Source: an uncultured Phycisphaeraceae bacterium
GTDB lineage: Bacteria; Planctomycetota; Phycisphaerae; Phycisphaerales; UBA1924
DNA length: 64,000 bases
Assembly: GCA_964450325.1 (NCBI GenBank)
Contig: CAYVFW010000001.1
Location: forward strand, 12,454-76,453
Direction: 5' to 3'
A program made the position numbers and the translations under genes. Below, piece by piece: positions 51,101 to 59,796 of this stretch (its first letter is position 1; the number at the start of each line of letters is the position of its first letter). The notes below the pieces were generated by a model that had not been told where the DNA came from, searched no databases, and saw only the letters and a list, made by a program, of their open reading frames with translations.

Positions 51101-52029
51101 ACCGCTCGCCGACTCCTGATGAAACATTTGCGTTTGAGTGGTTTCGATTAACTTTTATCCGCGGCGATGTCGAAGACTTTACACGATTCGTCGAGACAGT
51201 GGTCGATCCCCTGGCGATGCTTCGCGCCATCTCCAGTAGTGGCGACGCCGACGTTCACGAGGCCACGGATGCTTCCGGTGCGCGGGCGGAGCTCGCCTAC
51301 TGGCTGGGCAACGCCGCGAGCAGCATTCAGCGAGAGCCGCTCGGCGAGGCGGCATACCGCATGGCGCTCAAGCTTCATCCCGGTCATGCCTGGGCGCTGA
51401 ACAACCTGGGTTATAACATATTGGAATCAGGAGAGGGTTTTGTTGAAGCCGCCGCGATGATCGAACAGGCGTATGCCATGCTCTCTGAGGAACCAAGCGT
51501 CATCGACTCTTTGGGCTGGCTGCGTTACAAGCAGGGGCGTTTCCTGGATGCCGCGCCGATTGCCGCCGCGGAAGGTGACGTAATAGATGTCGCCGCACTT
51601 GCGAGGGCGCGAGCCAACTCGCTCGGAGCCGTGTCGCTGCTTGAACTCGCAGTAAACCACGAGAACGGCAGCGGGAATCCGGAGCAACGCTTGCACTTTG
51701 GCGATGCGCTCTGGCGGGCGGGACAGAGCACCATCGCGCCGCTTCAGTGGGAAAACGGCCGCCGCGAGGCGGAAACTCAGCTCTCCCTCCTGCGTTCGGC
51801 TCGGGCCGCCGCCCGCGATTTTGACCCCAAGGCGCCCCCCACTTCGCAGGAGAAGCGCCTCATGGGTTATGTTACCGAGTTGAAGCGGCGACTTGAGCAG
51901 TCCAAGGCGTCGGGGGTCGCACCGGTTGCGTCAACGCAATCTGAGGCCGCGACCCTCGGTGCTTCTCACATGATGGTTGACGGCGCGGGCAAACCACTAG
52001 GCCCCGCGCCGAAGTTAATCGTACCCTGA
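48163..52029 (+). CDS. very large TPR-repeat protein, probable lipoprotein
   Basis: 1288-aa ORF with a lipobox-like IVIAGC near the N-terminus. Ala/Leu-rich helical repeats occur throughout, with recognisable TPR-like units (e.g. AYRMALKLHPGHAWALNNLGYNILESG). Confidence 0.62.
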   Translation: MMHARRIAETFPSLLPIPGAIRLLLRAGSASIVIAGCSMAFIPSGCTSNTGGVREADSNRAGEATGGGRRTDSDQADYFNPSFEVSPRAKLEQLALRQQGSAVVPPNVPDLADQTRRTKLIPTGMPPERLEIDLAAAISALKSAQSVTTTQPIAEKVLTAQNSLELSRVYSAGRERLTAGDALGALPLLEAAAKLDPGSVEILTVLAEAQLGAGRRSAALATYERAIARGLTDATVLAFVGREQLRNRRYAEAAPLLEASLNSSSLPELAKAVAAADLSDALLQLGYVRASAQLLSATLVKLPDAATAGTLTLQEAELYRRRPELWQRAGDLLLAANLPAQAEQAFAKAAEFPGADSQALARRRVESLIDRGQTAQAALLLFDAPGGVDVKLLSRLLGDESIAPSILEFGWERAISQSQADAHRTVLASFEAARATNQSRVASPMLGWFLYRFPDSPDAFPALIESYGTDQADKLTDVVSRLCWNRPELGLAFANDLVDQYGELETLFQWCQKRSTNQPRAWMLGHYITIAAGRTPTDESINNAPRGTPPEMAAVVRTMVFASQGRWIEAEKAAAVTTEPRPRALALAYLQRYDEALATAPRPTVDGQSTSASNPQQNLGLASLSPMVLAAWAMERGDWPAAEKLFLAAKRDSPADERSYAALFQLYAPKAPLSDESKISQLAKDLRLASPESRFARSIAARDALARGRFQPAADIIFPLNRAGLATADSLALLVALCERSLESEPSITDDALALLESSQKGYPLHLAFLLSRARLMVLQKNHTAAASLLEVAYNQTPRRELARLRENIVREGLQDPATADELQRMRLTSAPRDADLTLEYARFLIARSDFVAATDVLSAGLPSSLPLTREQSQRLGGLVPEIKPELLLSSGPETADRALALFDAILARGVVLPLQTRLSRVMLVCAGHSSDSKRIYDAVNDVIVSSPDLSLRLRARVIEVLLSKPDPSDALAFLGEVVNRSPTPDETFAFEWFRLTFIRGDVEDFTRFVETVVDPLAMLRAISSSGDADVHEATDASGARAELAYWLGNAASSIQREPLGEAAYRMALKLHPGHAWALNNLGYNILESGEGFVEAAAMIEQAYAMLSEEPSVIDSLGWLRYKQGRFLDAAPIAAAEGDVIDVAALARARANSLGAVSLLELAVNHENGSGNPEQRLHFGDALWRAGQSTIAPLQWENGRREAETQLSLLRSARAAARDFDPKAPPTSQEKRLMGYVTELKRRLEQSKASGVAPVASTQSEAATLGASHMMVDGAGKPLGPAPKLIVP

Positions 52030-52102
52030 TACCGTCTTTTTTTACTTTCTTCGTTGCCCCGAGCAACGCCCTTCGCAGTAGACGTCGGTATACCGAATAC
52101 TC

Positions 52103-52855
52103 ATGGCAGGCCACAATAAATGGAGCAAGATCAGGCACCGCAAAGCCATCGTCGACAAACGGCGGGGCAAGGTGTGGACCAAAATAAGCAAGGCGCTGAT
52201 CGTGGCCGCTCGGCATGGGGGTTCGGACCCAGATAGTAATCTTACATTGCGTTACGCCATCGATGAGGCGAGGTACGCAAACATGCCACGCGACACGGTG
52301 GAGCGAGCTATCAAAAAGGGTGCTGGCGGCGAGGACACCAGCGACTACGAGCACGTCCGATATGAGGGATATGCACCCGGAGGCATCGCTGTAATCGTTG
52401 ATGCACTTACCGATAATCGCACGCGCACGGTGAACGAGGTTCGCTTAGCTTTCTCCGACCATGATAGCAATCTGGGGGCGTCGGGGTGCGTCGCGTACAT
52501 GTTCCAAAGCAAGGGACAGATCGCGGTGACGGTACGCGGCTACAGCGACGAAAGGATGATGGAGGTCGCCCTCGAAGCGGGCGCTTCCGATGTTGAATCA
52601 CTGAGCGCACCGACCGATGATGAGCCACCCACTTGGCTGGTGAGCACCCACCCCAACGACTTCCACCTCGTCCGTGAACGGCTTGAGAAGGCTGGACTTA
52701 CGATTGCCGATGCGCAGATCGCCATGGTGCCCGACACTTTCTCCGGCGTTTCGGGCGATAGAGCCAAGCTGATCGAGAACCTGGTCGAAGCCCTCGAAGA
52801 TCTCGACGATGTTCAGAAAGTCTTCACTAACGCCCAGCCGACGAGCGAGGAATAG
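52103..52855 (+). CDS. yebC: YebC/PmpR-family DNA-binding transcriptional regulator
   Basis: Signature N-terminus MAGHNKWSKIRHRKAIVDKRRGKVWTKISKALIVAAR. Confidence 0.92.
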   Translation: MAGHNKWSKIRHRKAIVDKRRGKVWTKISKALIVAARHGGSDPDSNLTLRYAIDEARYANMPRDTVERAIKKGAGGEDTSDYEHVRYEGYAPGGIAVIVDALTDNRTRTVNEVRLAFSDHDSNLGASGCVAYMFQSKGQIAVTVRGYSDERMMEVALEAGASDVESLSAPTDDEPPTWLVSTHPNDFHLVRERLEKAGLTIADAQIAMVPDTFSGVSGDRAKLIENLVEALEDLDDVQKVFTNAQPTSEE

Positions 52856-52887
52856 CTCTCTCCACGCCCTCACATCCGCCGAGATCG

Positions 52888-54468
52888 ATGCCCACAAGTT
52901 CCTCTAATCCTGTTGTTCTCACCGCACGAGCACTTACGTTTAGCGACGTTGTGGCAGTCGCCCGCAACGACGCCCAGGTAATGATTCACGACGATGTCTT
53001 CCCGCGGGTGCAAGCGGCCCGTGCAGTGGTGGAGGCAGCCCTCGCCGATGGGCACGCGCATTACGGGGTAAACACCGGCTTCGGTTCGCTCAGCCGCCAG
53101 CGGATCCCCCCCGATCGCCTGCGAGACCTTCAACGTAACCTTATTCGCAGTCACAGCGCAGGTATCGGTGAGCCGCTGCAAGTCCCAGTTGTCCGCGCCA
53201 TGATGTTACTCCTCTGCGCCTCGCTCTGCCGCGGCCACTCGGGCGTTCGCATGGCAACCGTTACATCAATCGCAGCAATGCTTAACAAGGGCCTCACCCC
53301 TTTGGTGCCCGCTGTCGGCAGCGTTGGCGCATCGGGCGACCTCGCACCGTTAGCGGCTGTTGGCGTAGCGCTCCTGGGAGAAGGCGACTGTTACTACCGA
53401 GGCACCCTGCAACCGGTTGCAGTAGCGATGCAGTCCGCCGGGCTGGCTCCGCTGGTTCTGGAGGCAAAAGAAGGCTTGGCCATTATTAACGGCACGCACC
53501 TGATGGCCGGGCGCGCCGCGCTCCTTGCGGCGGATATTGATGTTACGTTTGAGACCGCCGTGGGCGCAGCTGCGATGTCACTGGACGCCTGCCGCGGCAC
53601 CGATCAGTTCCTGGATGCCCGGATTCACGCGGCTCGATCGCAACCCCCCCAGATTCAGGTCGCCGCGATGCTGCGCGAACTCCTCCGAGGCAGCCAGATT
53701 ATACCGTCGCACAAAGAGGGGGACCCGCGCGTGCAGGACCCCTACTGCTTACGTTGCACGCCACAGGTGCTCGGCGCATCGCTGGCCGCGATCCGCGGCT
53801 TTCGCGCCGAAATTATGAACGAACTCGGAGCGGTCACTGATAACCCGTTGGTTTTCTGCGATGCCGATGGTTCGAGCGGACTCGATGGCCCACCCGAATC
53901 GATTGTAAGTGGCGGGAATTTTCACGGGATGCCTTTGGCGATTCCCCTCGATTGCATCACGATCGCCCTAGCTCACATCGCAGGGATCAGCGAGCGCCGG
54001 ACATTCTGGATGATCTCGGCCTTCGATAGCGAGAGCCACCTCAAGCCCTATCTGGCCAATGATCCGGGAATCAACTCCGGGCTTATGATCGCCCAATATA
54101 CCGCCGCCGCGTGCTGTAACGAAATTATAACTCTTTGCACCCCCGCCAGCGTTAGCAACATCTCCACCAGCGCGGGCACTGAAGATTATAACTCCTTCGG
54201 CCCAAGGGCAGCCGCGAAGGCCGCCCGAAGCTTGGATCTGCTCAACCGCGTCATCGCGATCGAACTGCTCGCCGCGGCGGAGGGAATCGAATCGCACCGC
54301 CCGCTTCGCTCCGGTCCGCTGGTTGAATCGATCCATGCCCGAATCCGCGCCTCCGTGGCCCCCCTTCAAGGCGATCGACCCCTTACCCCGGACATCGAGC
54401 AACTCGCCGAGGCGATATCGCGAGGCAAACTACGCCCTAACTTTTCTCAAGAACTACACAAAAACTAA
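52888..54468 (+). CDS. hutH: histidine ammonia-lyase
   Basis: MIO-forming ASGDLAPLA motif, YGVNTGFGSL, and the HAL-type selectivity dipeptide in NLIRSHSAG. 526 aa. Confidence 0.9.
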   Translation: MPTSSSNPVVLTARALTFSDVVAVARNDAQVMIHDDVFPRVQAARAVVEAALADGHAHYGVNTGFGSLSRQRIPPDRLRDLQRNLIRSHSAGIGEPLQVPVVRAMMLLLCASLCRGHSGVRMATVTSIAAMLNKGLTPLVPAVGSVGASGDLAPLAAVGVALLGEGDCYYRGTLQPVAVAMQSAGLAPLVLEAKEGLAIINGTHLMAGRAALLAADIDVTFETAVGAAAMSLDACRGTDQFLDARIHAARSQPPQIQVAAMLRELLRGSQIIPSHKEGDPRVQDPYCLRCTPQVLGASLAAIRGFRAEIMNELGAVTDNPLVFCDADGSSGLDGPPESIVSGGNFHGMPLAIPLDCITIALAHIAGISERRTFWMISAFDSESHLKPYLANDPGINSGLMIAQYTAAACCNEIITLCTPASVSNISTSAGTEDYNSFGPRAAAKAARSLDLLNRVIAIELLAAAEGIESHRPLRSGPLVESIHARIRASVAPLQGDRPLTPDIEQLAEAISRGKLRPNFSQELHKN

Positions 54469-54572
54469 TAGTTGCGCGGGAACACTTGCTCCACCTCAGC
54501 GTCATATCGTTTCGTACGCCGCAGTTTAACGCGGCATTCTTCTCAGGGGTGTTCCCGAAAGGATTCGTTGCT

Positions 54573-55547
54573 ATGCCGCGCCGCCCTCTCATATCCGCCA
54601 TCGCCATCGCTGCCACCGTTGCTCTCTCAACCTCCGCGTTTGCTCAGCGAAATGGAGGTGGCCGGATGGGTCCCGAGCAGGCTTCCGGGGAACGAAGCAG
54701 CGGCCACGTCAACTCGTTTGGTGGGAATTCGGGTGGCCACAGCTTTGATGGCCACTCGGGCGGAAATTCAGGGAACCGCAGCTACGGGGGAGGCCACGGC
54801 GGCCGCCACCGTTCAGGCGGTTCCAATTTCGCTTTCTCAGTTTCCAGCGGGTCTGGATACGGATATGGCAGTTCCGGATATTCCAGCGTTTCGTTTGGGA
54901 TTTCGAGTGGTCACGGCCATAGATATCCGGCCCATCACTATCCATCCTATCGCCCCTCATACCGGCCGATTTTTTACGATCCATGTCCCCCGGTCTACAT
55001 TGCGCCTCGCTACTGCGAACCTGTTTACTACGCGCCCCCAGTCTATTGCCCTCCGCCGGTCTATTATCCCCCGCCGGTTTATTATCCGCCGCCGGTCGTC
55101 GTATACCCCCGTTCTTATCAGCCGGTCTACCAGCCGGTAACTTATGTTGCTCCTCCGGTATACGTTCAGCCCGCTCCCCTTTATTCTGCCGCGCCCATTG
55201 TTGTACAGCCCTACTCGCCTCCGGTTATCATCCGTGATCGCGTGGTCATTGAGCAGCCCGCGCCCACAGGTGTTGAGCGCGTGACCGACGACGGATCGAC
55301 ACGTTACGATGCTCCGAATCAGAATCGCACAGGCAGCGACCTTCCCAGCACCTTCGCCGTCCCTCAGTCACGCGCGCCGGTGGCATCGCCCTCGAACTCG
55401 GTAACAGTTCCCAGCCGCCGAGTCGCGAGCAGCAACTCCCCGGCTGTCTGGTCCGCACGCGCCGCCAAGAACGGCAAGACGGCCCCCACAATAGTTAACG
55501 TAACCACAACAATTGCATCGGCGGAATCAGCCACGGTCCGGCGTTGA
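54573..55547 (+). CDS. secreted low-complexity protein (Gly/Ser/His-rich region followed by Pro/Tyr/Val PPVYY repeats)
   Basis: Signal peptide MPRRPLISAIAIAATVALSTSAFA-Q. Strongly biased composition. The alternative frame (54472..55140) lacks a signal peptide. Confidence 0.55.
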   Translation: MPRRPLISAIAIAATVALSTSAFAQRNGGGRMGPEQASGERSSGHVNSFGGNSGGHSFDGHSGGNSGNRSYGGGHGGRHRSGGSNFAFSVSSGSGYGYGSSGYSSVSFGISSGHGHRYPAHHYPSYRPSYRPIFYDPCPPVYIAPRYCEPVYYAPPVYCPPPVYYPPPVYYPPPVVVYPRSYQPVYQPVTYVAPPVYVQPAPLYSAAPIVVQPYSPPVIIRDRVVIEQPAPTGVERVTDDGSTRYDAPNQNRTGSDLPSTFAVPQSRAPVASPSNSVTVPSRRVASSNSPAVWSARAAKNGKTAPTIVNVTTTIASAESATVRR

Positions 55548-55662
55548 GCTAAGCCGGGGCACATGCCTGGCACTGAGTAATGAACTTGATTATCGCAGAC
55601 ACAAACCGGGGCAACCTGCCACGGTTTTTTCTTGCGCGCGTTGAACCCATCGCCAACGCGCT

Positions 55663-56484
55663 TCACGAGGGCTTTGGCACAATCGCCGCGAACGACCATT
55701 GCCAAAGAACACCCGCAAGGTAGACGGCCAACCACATGGCGCCGTGCAACGTAAGCACCAGCGTCACGTGCTCGCGCGACCAGCGAAAGAGGCCCCAGAC
55801 GGTGATGATGTAAGTTAATACCGCCGCCACCGATTCATCCCATCTCCCCTGCAGCGGGATGTTAAGGTGAAAGACCAGTTGGAAGAGTGCCACCGCGAGT
55901 GCCATCCGCGCCGTGGCAAGAGGAAGCTCGCCCAGTCTTCGCTCCAACAGATGCGCCGCCGCCATGATCGCGGCGGCCCCGGTGATCGCGTGCAGCGCAG
56001 TCATGTAAGCGGTAAGTATGCAATCAGCATACCAGACCCGACCTCGCGACGCGGCGGTGAACCCGGCTGTTATGACCGCAGCCAACGCGACCCCGCCTGC
56101 AACCATGTAAACCTGCTCGGCGCTCCCCAGCCCCGATTTAACCATCACAAGTACTGAAGCTGCCGGCGTTTCGTCCGCTTGGGTCGTATTACGAGTTGGC
56201 ACGGTACGTTGCCCAGCTGCTCGTTCAACCTCAGGATCGGAAGTAAAGTCAGCATCTTCATCAAAATCGTCGATGAGCCCCTTCTCACCTACCTTAGACC
56301 GCTTGGGCCCAACGTCAGTTTCCACGGCCTCACCATCCCGAGCAATCACTCGACCCTTCGGCAACTCATCGCCCAGTCCGCTCAACTTCGGGTTGGGTAC
56401 GATCGGTTCGAGCTGGTAGGGAGTCTCCTCGGGCTTCACTGGCTGGTCTTCTCCTCCCGGCTTGGAACTTATATTATTGTTCAT
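55663..56484 (-). CDS. hypothetical membrane protein (acidic N-terminal region plus about 5 TM segments)
   Basis: Start placed at ATG 56484 (MNNNISSKPGG), 14 nt after the apgM stop, with GGTGA upstream. C-terminal half is hydrophobic. Confidence 0.5.
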   Translation of the reverse strand: MNNNISSKPGGEDQPVKPEETPYQLEPIVPNPKLSGLGDELPKGRVIARDGEAVETDVGPKRSKVGEKGLIDDFDEDADFTSDPEVERAAGQRTVPTRNTTQADETPAASVLVMVKSGLGSAEQVYMVAGGVALAAVITAGFTAASRGRVWYADCILTAYMTALHAITGAAAIMAAAHLLERRLGELPLATARMALAVALFQLVFHLNIPLQGRWDESVAAVLTYIITVWGLFRWSREHVTLVLTLHGAMWLAVYLAGVLWQWSFAAIVPKPS

Positions 56485-56498
56485 TGCATCACCAGTTA

Positions 56499-57785
56499 TT
56501 ACACTCGCCGCGACTGCGGTAGGCCGCTGCGGATGAAATATTCCATGAGCTCGTGCCCGGGATCGATCTGAAGATCGCTGCTCGCGGCAGCATCCTCCGT
56601 GAAGACCCGCTTCACAACGCTGTGAATGTTCGTTCCGGCGATCACGAATGGCACCGGCGTGGCATCGTGCTTTCTCGTACCGCACCGAGTGTAATGATCG
56701 GGCATGATAAGGATTCGCCACCCCGCCGCGGCGTGATCATTCTCCAGTCCATCAAGCACCGGGCGGATAATTTCGCGATCTATCGCCTCGAGCGACGCGA
56801 CCTTGGTCTTCCAGTCGCCTTGGTGCGAAGCTTCATCGGGCGCTTCGATATGGCAGCAGACCACATCATAAGCATTCAAGGCCCTCACCGTTTCACGGCC
56901 TTGCGCCGCATAATCTGTATCATGATAACTCGTAAGCCCCTCGACATCGAGGCGGTCCCAACCCAGGTACCGGGCGATGCCAGCGAGCAGATCAACCGAC
57001 GTAATCATCGCCCCTCGCAGGCCAAATCGCTCAAGGAAAGTGGGCACGTTGGGCCTAATCCCCTGACCCCACAGCCATGCCATCGTGGCCGGGCGAAGGC
57101 CCTGCTCTACCCGCGCTGCGTTCACTTCGTGGCCAGCCATAAACGCGATCGACGATCGCATCAGGGTATTGAGCACGCCCGCCGCGGCAGCATCGGCGGA
57201 GCTCGCGCCGCCCGAAGCGATGGGCACGTAGTCGGCCCAGGGTTCGTTGGGAATCGCGTGGGGCGCGGTGGTTTTGACAGCGCCGTAGGTGCGCCCTGAA
57301 CCATCAATCATAATATTACGATAACTCACCCCTGGCGTGACCGATATCCCCTGCACTAAATCTCCATGCAGTGATCGCCAATGCTCAACCAAACCGGCCA
57401 CGAGCGCTCGGGCCTCGGAATCGGTAATCGCGCCCGCCGAGTGATCGAGCATGAGGCCCGCCTCGGGGGTATCCTTCTGGCCCGTTGTAACTAAGTTAAG
57501 CCGAAAGATCCAGTCAGAGGGTGAAGGCGCAAGTCCCAACGCCGCGGCTTCCAAAGGTGCCCGGCCGGTATGGTACCGGCGCGGATCATAACCGAGGAGG
57601 CTCATCGAACAGACATCGCTCCCTGCCTCGAAGCCCTCCGGCGTGGTGTACGCCGCGCCGACATGGCCCATTGCCGCGATGGCAGCAAGTGCTGGCATCT
57701 TAGCGGTCTCAAACGGAGTCTTGCCGAGAAGTTGCTCAAGCGGAAAATCGGCCGCGCCGTCGGGAATGATAATGACGTACTTCAC
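56499..57785 (-). CDS. apgM: cofactor-independent phosphoglycerate mutase, ApgM type
   Basis: N-terminus MKYVIIIPDGAADFPLEQLLGKTPFETAKMPALAAIA and the metalloenzyme segment CCHIEAPDEASHQGD. Confidence 0.87.
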   Translation of the reverse strand: MKYVIIIPDGAADFPLEQLLGKTPFETAKMPALAAIAAMGHVGAAYTTPEGFEAGSDVCSMSLLGYDPRRYHTGRAPLEAAALGLAPSPSDWIFRLNLVTTGQKDTPEAGLMLDHSAGAITDSEARALVAGLVEHWRSLHGDLVQGISVTPGVSYRNIMIDGSGRTYGAVKTTAPHAIPNEPWADYVPIASGGASSADAAAAGVLNTLMRSSIAFMAGHEVNAARVEQGLRPATMAWLWGQGIRPNVPTFLERFGLRGAMITSVDLLAGIARYLGWDRLDVEGLTSYHDTDYAAQGRETVRALNAYDVVCCHIEAPDEASHQGDWKTKVASLEAIDREIIRPVLDGLENDHAAAGWRILIMPDHYTRCGTRKHDATPVPFVIAGTNIHSVVKRVFTEDAAASSDLQIDPGHELMEYFIRSGLPQSRRV

Positions 57786-57901
57786 CGGAACTGAGGGTAG
57801 TTCGCCCAGGCGAGCCGCGAATTCTGGCGTTCCCGAATCGAGATAGGTCTGTCCTTCACGCCGTCGCCAATGCTGCCAGGGGCTTCGAGCGGCAGCAGCT
57901 A

Positions 57902-58645
57902 CTAGAAATCAAAGATGGTGCCAAGCAGCCGCGAAATCCAGCCTGGTTCGTTTGAGTCCCGCAGCTTTCCCTCATTCTCAACCCTCATCGTGAGGTCGGC
58001 TAGTTGGCTGCTTAAGATGGAGTTTGCGTTAGTAACATCTTCACGACGGCACATTCCGCAGAGCACGATCGTCTGAATCTCTTTGTCCCTGCCGATCGTC
58101 CGCCGCGCTTCAAGCACGAGAACGCCGTTGGGCTTAACATCAATCACTTCTGCGGTCACTTTATCAGTAAAGCGGTCGTTGCGTTCATACTTCGCATCAC
58201 CCTTAAACTTCTCGCTGCCGCCTACGTCAACCTCGGCGATCGGGGAGTTGCCACCGTTGGTCAGCTCCGCCTCCAGCAGTTTACTCAGGCTTGGAAACTT
58301 ACTCAAACCGCCCTTAAGGCTGGCATCGGTCTTGGTATCTAGCTTTTGCTGGCTGCTCTGCTTGCTGGTCTCGTTGATAATAATTGTAATGAGATCATGC
58401 ACGGCAAAGGTCTTGGGCGGGGGCGCTTCGACCAGAAAAAGGCTCATCCCTCTTAGCGGAGCCTTAACATCCTGCCGTCCATCGCTATTGACCGCGTCAG
58501 TGCCCTTGACCCGCAACTGTGCCTGCCCGGCCGCCAGCTCGCACGCGGTGATGGCGATGAGAATCGCGGCGGCCGCGCCAGCACGACTGAAGGTAAACGC
58601 AGAGTCAATCCCTGAAGGCGACCCGAAAACATTGATACGACCCAT
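57902..58645 (-). CDS. flgH: flagellar L-ring lipoprotein FlgH
   Basis: Lipobox LIAITAC. FlgH core VHDLITIIINETSKQSSQQKLDTKTD...DKVTAEVIDVKPNGVLVLEARRTI...VLCGMCRREDV. Start at ATG 58645 has an AGGAG Shine-Dalgarno; the ORF is open to 58684. Confidence 0.87.
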   Translation of the reverse strand: MGRINVFGSPSGIDSAFTFSRAGAAAAILIAITACELAAGQAQLRVKGTDAVNSDGRQDVKAPLRGMSLFLVEAPPPKTFAVHDLITIIINETSKQSSQQKLDTKTDASLKGGLSKFPSLSKLLEAELTNGGNSPIAEVDVGGSEKFKGDAKYERNDRFTDKVTAEVIDVKPNGVLVLEARRTIGRDKEIQTIVLCGMCRREDVTNANSILSSQLADLTMRVENEGKLRDSNEPGWISRLLGTIFDF

Positions 58646-58698
58646 GAGCACTCCTGTGGTCCAAATGCCGCGACCAACGATCAATCAACACAATATGT

Positions 58699-59763
58699 CT
58701 ATTTCTGAGCGCGGACACTTGCGCCCCGCGCCTTGTGCGGTGCGGGTCCGATTGCCGTGGCGTTCCCTGGGCTTGTTATCATTACGATAATCTCTTGATT
58801 CCACGGAACCGACTGCGCTGTAACTTGCTCGCCCACGCGAGCGTTGGCAAGCACCCTCGCACGCGCTCTCACGACTACCCCGCCGACAATGCTGTCCACC
58901 ATCACCAGATCGCCCCGCTTGACGGCGAGCGATGCCTGAACGTCTCGGCGCTCTACCACGCTCCCCGCCGCGAGCTTTGTAGCGGCCGCCGCACCCTCAA
59001 CCGCATCGGCCGGCGCAGCTTCGAGATTTATCGGGAGCCACCTCCGCTCGATCTGCACGTCAGAAGGCTTAATCACTTGGCCGCGAGAGAGAACTGTCTT
59101 AGTTACCACGCACTCACGCTCCACCGTCACCGTGGCACGCAAGGTGTGCGTCGCGGTCAACTTTTGCTGCGCGTAAACCCGGATCGTAAGTGGACTCCGC
59201 TCGCCGTACACGGCGGGTGACACGGTAACCTGCTCCTGATCCGCCTTCTGCGTGCTTATGACGCGGTCAAGCAACTTCGAGTCAGTCTGGTCAAACGTAA
59301 CACGCACACTTTCGGCGTGAAGCCCGCAGTCCCCGGCGATAGCATGTATAATTATGTCTCGCAGTTGGGTCGGTTTGGCTTGGCCCGTGTCCGCTTTCAC
59401 CTCCGCTCGCTCGTCCGCCGCATCCTCTATCATCTCAGGACGCAAAGCCTTCTCGACGCGGCAGGAAGACCCGCTGAATCGAATCTGGCCCACTCGCGCG
59501 CCGCTTGCGATCGCGGCCCTTCGAACCTGATCGATCTCAATTATTTTGGTGGGTGACAACAGGAGAACCAGCGACCCCAGCTTGTCCGCCTCGGGGCCGG
59601 TGAGCACAGCGACATCTCTGACCAGAACCTCGCCGTCCACCCGCGCCACCGCCTTCAATATAAGCGAATTTTCGGCCGCCCCGCTGACTGTGGCCAAGCT
59701 GAGAAGCCCGGACAACACCATTAATAGAGAGCTCAGCGATTTATTTATCATTACTACGGGCAT
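58699..59763 (-). CDS. flgA: flagellar basal-body P-ring formation chaperone FlgA
   Basis: Signal peptide. C-terminal SAF/FlgA pattern RGQVIKPSDV...AAGSVVERRDVQASLAVKRGDLVMVDSIVGGVVVRARARVLANARVGEQV. Located between flgG and flgH. Confidence 0.8.
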   Translation of the reverse strand: MPVVMINKSLSSLLMVLSGLLSLATVSGAAENSLILKAVARVDGEVLVRDVAVLTGPEADKLGSLVLLLSPTKIIEIDQVRRAAIASGARVGQIRFSGSSCRVEKALRPEMIEDAADERAEVKADTGQAKPTQLRDIIIHAIAGDCGLHAESVRVTFDQTDSKLLDRVISTQKADQEQVTVSPAVYGERSPLTIRVYAQQKLTATHTLRATVTVERECVVTKTVLSRGQVIKPSDVQIERRWLPINLEAAPADAVEGAAAATKLAAGSVVERRDVQASLAVKRGDLVMVDSIVGGVVVRARARVLANARVGEQVTAQSVPWNQEIIVMITSPGNATAIGPAPHKARGASVRAQK

Positions 59764-59796
59764 GATCGATCCTAACTTTATGACCGCTAGCTTGGA

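Noticed and set aside
55040-55110. Short DNA repeats (CCGCCGGTCTATTATCC-like) that might look like an array
   Set aside because: The units are contiguous, imperfect and in-frame codon repeats encoding PPVYY. No spacers are present, so this is not a CRISPR or other interspersed-repeat array.
54472-55140. Alternative 222-aa reading frame over the low-complexity gene
   Set aside because: It lacks a signal peptide and a start context. The 54573..55547 frame has a clear signal peptide and a longer ORF. Low-complexity DNA often keeps several frames open.
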